Shown here: positions 61,182 to 64,000 of the stretch, piece after piece
Numbering within the stretch: position 1 is the stretch's first letter
Layout: the number at the start of each line of letters is the position of its first letter
Virus record (IMG/VR): IMGVR_UViG_3300042256_000013
Location: 64,001 to 128,000 of that record
Origin: a virus
Taxonomy: Duplodnaviria; Heunggongvirae; Uroviricota; Caudoviricetes
Direction: 5' to 3' (one strand)
DNA: 64,000 nucleotides
Translations under genes and position numbers: made by a program
The notes under the pieces: model-generated
The model's input: only the letters and a program-made list of their open reading frames with translations
Told to the model about the DNA's origin: nothing
Database searches by the model: none

Positions 61182-61856
61182 TTATATACGCTTGTCAGCT
61201 TCGAATTCTTTACCACGTTTAAGGTATTCATTCGCTTTAGTTACAGCTTCGTACAAGGTACGACCGAAGAATGTATGATGCCAAATTCCATCTTCATCCA
61301 TTCCTTGATATGGTGCTTCACGATGACGAATACTCCAACGTTGACGATCATTATATGAATCAGTCATTCGTGGATCATTAGTATTGTACTGTACCAACCA
61401 TTCTTCATTGATAGCAATTACTTCAGAGATAGAGCAGCCAAAGTACTTGAATACTTCAGAAGATTCGTCTACGCTACTAGTTTCAGCTACCGCAGTTGCC
61501 ATTCCAAGAGCATTGGCAAGCAAACAATAATTCCATTCATTTAGATTATCGTTTTCATCATATTCATGACCAGTGATGTACCAAATACCATCATCGAAAG
61601 TATATGAATAACTTTCATCTTCTTCACGTTCAGTACTAATACGCATATCTGAACCATCATTGTAATATTCTACATGAGTAATGATTTCGGTTAACCCTGA
61701 AAAATCACCTTTAGAAACTAACAATTCTGCAATTTCTTGAGTATTGTAATAATGATAAAGAATATAACCTACGAATGATGGATAACCATCATAGTTTACA
61801 GTCGCTGTATGATATACATCACCAACTTTAACATTAATATTTGCTGAAGTTCCCAT
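61182..61856 (-). CDS. Hypothetical protein (DGYP type)
   Basis: 224 aa, MGTSANI..NYDGYP. Confidence 0.8.
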   Translation of the reverse strand: MGTSANINVKVGDVYHTATVNYDGYPSFVGYILYHYYNTQEIAELLVSKGDFSGLTEIITHVEYYNDGSDMRISTEREEDESYSYTFDDGIWYITGHEYDENDNLNEWNYCLLANALGMATAVAETSSVDESSEVFKYFGCSISEVIAINEEWLVQYNTNDPRMTDSYNDRQRWSIRHREAPYQGMDEDGIWHHTFFGRTLYEAVTKANEYLKRGKEFEADKRI

Positions 61857-62209
61857 TATTTTTTATCCTGTTCCATAATATCAGCTAAATCCAAATACTT
61901 ATTTGCCCGTTCACAAATAGCTGATTGTAATTGTTCTAATGCTAGTATTGCAGAATCTGCAAAACCACCAGATTCTGAATTATTATCGTCATATTTTATA
62001 CCAGAATGTATAGCAATATATTGGTTTTTATCAACATAATACGTCATTTCAATATAAAAATAATCTTCTTCTTTTGAATGAGTGAAAACATAAAAAATTG
62101 GCATATTCAAATCAGAGTGCTTGAGTGAATATTCAGTACTGTTATATAGTATAGTCCAATTATCATAAATTTCAAGAAGTTCTTGTAGTACTTCATTAAT
62201 AGTCTTCAT
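61856..62209 (-). CDS. Hypothetical protein
   Basis: 117 aa ORF. Confidence 0.72.
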   Translation of the reverse strand: MKTINEVLQELLEIYDNWTILYNSTEYSLKHSDLNMPIFYVFTHSKEEDYFYIEMTYYVDKNQYIAIHSGIKYDDNNSESGGFADSAILALEQLQSAICERANKYLDLADIMEQDKK

Positions 62210-62558
62210 CGTCTGAACCTAAGTCTCTACCAGTACCCCATTCGAATTTCATTTTATATGCATCGTGCCAACGTGCATCTGCACCATATTGTGCATAAGG
62301 ATTGAAGTACTTCAATCCCAATTTACCATCTTGATAACCTAGATCACCAGCATCTTTAATACTTGGTTTACCCTCTTCGAGTTCTACAAAGTTATAACAA
62401 TCGCAGTACTTACATCCTACTGGATACATATTATCATAAGAATCAAAATGACGATCATAAGTATGTCCACATTCACATATACGGTCATCACCATAATTGG
62501 GATTATAAGAACGATCTTCTATTGTTCTAATAGTAATTATATATGGCTGTTCACTCAT
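62196..62558 (-). CDS. Hypothetical Zn-binding protein
   Basis: CECGH..H..CKYCDC. Confidence 0.75.
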   Translation of the reverse strand: MSEQPYIITIRTIEDRSYNPNYGDDRICECGHTYDRHFDSYDNMYPVGCKYCDCYNFVELEEGKPSIKDAGDLGYQDGKLGLKYFNPYAQYGADARWHDAYKMKFEWGTGRDLGSDDEDY

Positions 62559-62755
62559 TAAGATTTTTCCTCATCTTTCTGAGCTTTTCCCCATTCGAAG
62601 CCACGCTTGTACTGTTGATGAAGTTTATCTTCTTTCATAGCTTCTGCACCACCAAGACCTGAAATAAATTCCAGATGTGGATTTGTATATTCTTTTTCTT
62701 CGTAACCACTCTTTTTACCTTCGTAAAAAGCATTCAATTCGTCATCACTAAACAT
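62558..62755 (-). CDS. Hypothetical protein
   Basis: 65 aa ORF. Confidence 0.7.
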   Translation of the reverse strand: MFSDDELNAFYEGKKSGYEEKEYTNPHLEFISGLGGAEAMKEDKLHQQYKRGFEWGKAQKDEEKS

Positions 62756-63114
62756 TAATCTTCTCTCCGAAAGGTATTATAATCATCATCAATACTTTCA
62801 TCAGTATATTGATTATTGAAATCATAATCAGCTTGTTTTCTACCTACGATTGCTTTATGCATCTCGTATTCTTCTCTACGGTTTTCTTCTGCTTCTTCTA
62901 AAGCAGAAATTTCATTTTCTTCGTTATAAAGATTTTCTTCAATTTCTTCTAAACGATCAATTAGTGTATGAGCTTGATCCCAAAGTGCCTCATAAAATTG
63001 TCGTTCAGATTTAGAAAGTTTATCAGGATGAAACCCATCTTCATACATCTTATCAATAATATCTTGCATGTCGTTAGATGTATTTTCAAACATACAATGT
63101 TCCATATTTGGCAT
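62755..63114 (-). CDS. Acidic hypothetical protein
   Basis: MPNMEHCMFENT. Confidence 0.75.
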   Translation of the reverse strand: MPNMEHCMFENTSNDMQDIIDKMYEDGFHPDKLSKSERQFYEALWDQAHTLIDRLEEIEENLYNEENEISALEEAEENRREEYEMHKAIVGRKQADYDFNNQYTDESIDDDYNTFRRED

Positions 63115-63115
63115 A

Positions 63116-64000
63116 TTAATTATTCCAGTCGTAAAGTCTTTCAGCTAAAGATACAATCCCTTCTGAATTGGTAATCTTCTGTACCCACTCTTTAGGAATA
63201 GCATCAAACCCATAGTATGCACCAGCTAATTGTCCAGTAATTGCAGCTACAGTATCTGCATCATCTCCTAAATTAGCAGCTAACAGTACTGCCTCTTGGA
63301 ATGATGCTGTTTTTGCGAAGCACCATAAAGCAGCTTCTAATGAGTCAATGACGTATCCAGTACTCTTAATTTCAGAACGTTCTTTACAGAAATAATTTTC
63401 AATATCAATAGTACTCTTTACTACGTCATTAGTGATACCAAACTTTTCTGGCTCAAGAATTTCAAGAATTTCAAATTTATCATAACCCTGAATAGCACGG
63501 TTCATCATTATTGCGAATGCAACACATGATTGAACAGCAGTTTCTGTTGCATGAGTTGTAGTTGAACTCAATGCAGCATAACGAATCAGATCAACAAAAG
63601 CATCTGAATACATTTCTTTTGTATTATAGAAAATTGGAATAGGAGCTAACCGCATAAGGCTACCATTTCCTGCATCGAGGAAATGTTCATTATGAACTAG
63701 AGTTTTATCTTTAAGAAAAGAACGAATAGCATTTCGGGTGGTAGTTCCAATATCAAAGCATACGCCAGTACTACTCATATATCCGTGAGTCATCCAGTTA
63801 GAATATCGAGTTAACTGATCTTCAGAATCAAAACCATAACGAGCTAACAGACTAGTACCTAAGCATAAAGCCATACTGGTATCATCGGTCCATTCTCCTG
63901 GTTTCAAATCAAATGGTCCACCACCAATCATATCAGTGATATGTTCATAAGTATCACGTTCATGAAATTCAAGAGGTGTTCCCAATGTATCACCTACTGC
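63116..64000 (-). CDS. ADP-ribosylglycohydrolase (DraG/ARH family), 5' end outside window
   Basis: WTDDTSMAL, DIG.TT, GNGSLMR.AP, ANLGDDADTVAAITGQLAGA. Confidence 0.93.
   Translation of the reverse strand, partial: AVGDTLGTPLEFHERDTYEHITDMIGGGPFDLKPGEWTDDTSMALCLGTSLLARYGFDSEDQLTRYSNWMTHGYMSSTGVCFDIGTTTRNAIRSFLKDKTLVHNEHFLDAGNGSLMRLAPIPIFYNTKEMYSDAFVDLIRYAALSSTTTHATETAVQSCVAFAIMMNRAIQGYDKFEILEILEPEKFGITNDVVKSTIDIENYFCKERSEIKSTGYVIDSLEAALWCFAKTASFQEAVLLAANLGDDADTVAAITGQLAGAYYGFDAIPKEWVQKITNSEGIVSLAERLYDWNN

Noticed and set aside
730-63174. Most plus-strand ORFs in the track (e.g. 1795..2421, 19494..20156, 26156..26596, 46995..47432)
   Set aside because: Antisense shadows of well-supported minus-strand genes, without RBS or family motifs. 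Only the HNH gene is accepted.

Overview
A 64-kb accessory and tRNA region of an AT-rich, large lytic phage genome. A jumbo myovirus of enterobacteria is my inference. Almost every gene is on the minus strand; the exception is one plus-strand HNH endonuclease. The window holds about 140 mostly small ORFs and 25 canonical tRNA genes. Recognisable proteins: Acb2 (anti-CBASS), a YadA-type trimeric autotransporter, a C5 DNA methyltransferase, PnuC and NadR, an ADP-ribosylglycohydrolase, two ATP-grasp proteins, two Pth2-like hydrolases, a 5'(3')-deoxyribonucleotidase, an AAA+ ATPase and two homing endonucleases. Three unusual RNA-level systems stand out. (1) At least 17 ncRNA elements share one module, a GAAUCU-type helix followed by (A/C/G)CAGCA(A). 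It occurs stand-alone, on circularly permuted Y-RNA(YrlA)-like tRNA mimics, and inserted into the anticodon arm of otherwise normal tRNAs. (2) An amber-suppressor tRNA(CUA) co-occurs with two adjacent genes (Pth2-like and HD-like) that each carry one in-frame UAG. (3) A ~245-nt RNA just upstream of that operon reproduces both loops of the 23S rRNA uL11-binding/GTPase-associated centre, split by a ~170-nt insertion. All calls were made by eye from the sequence; no searches were run.
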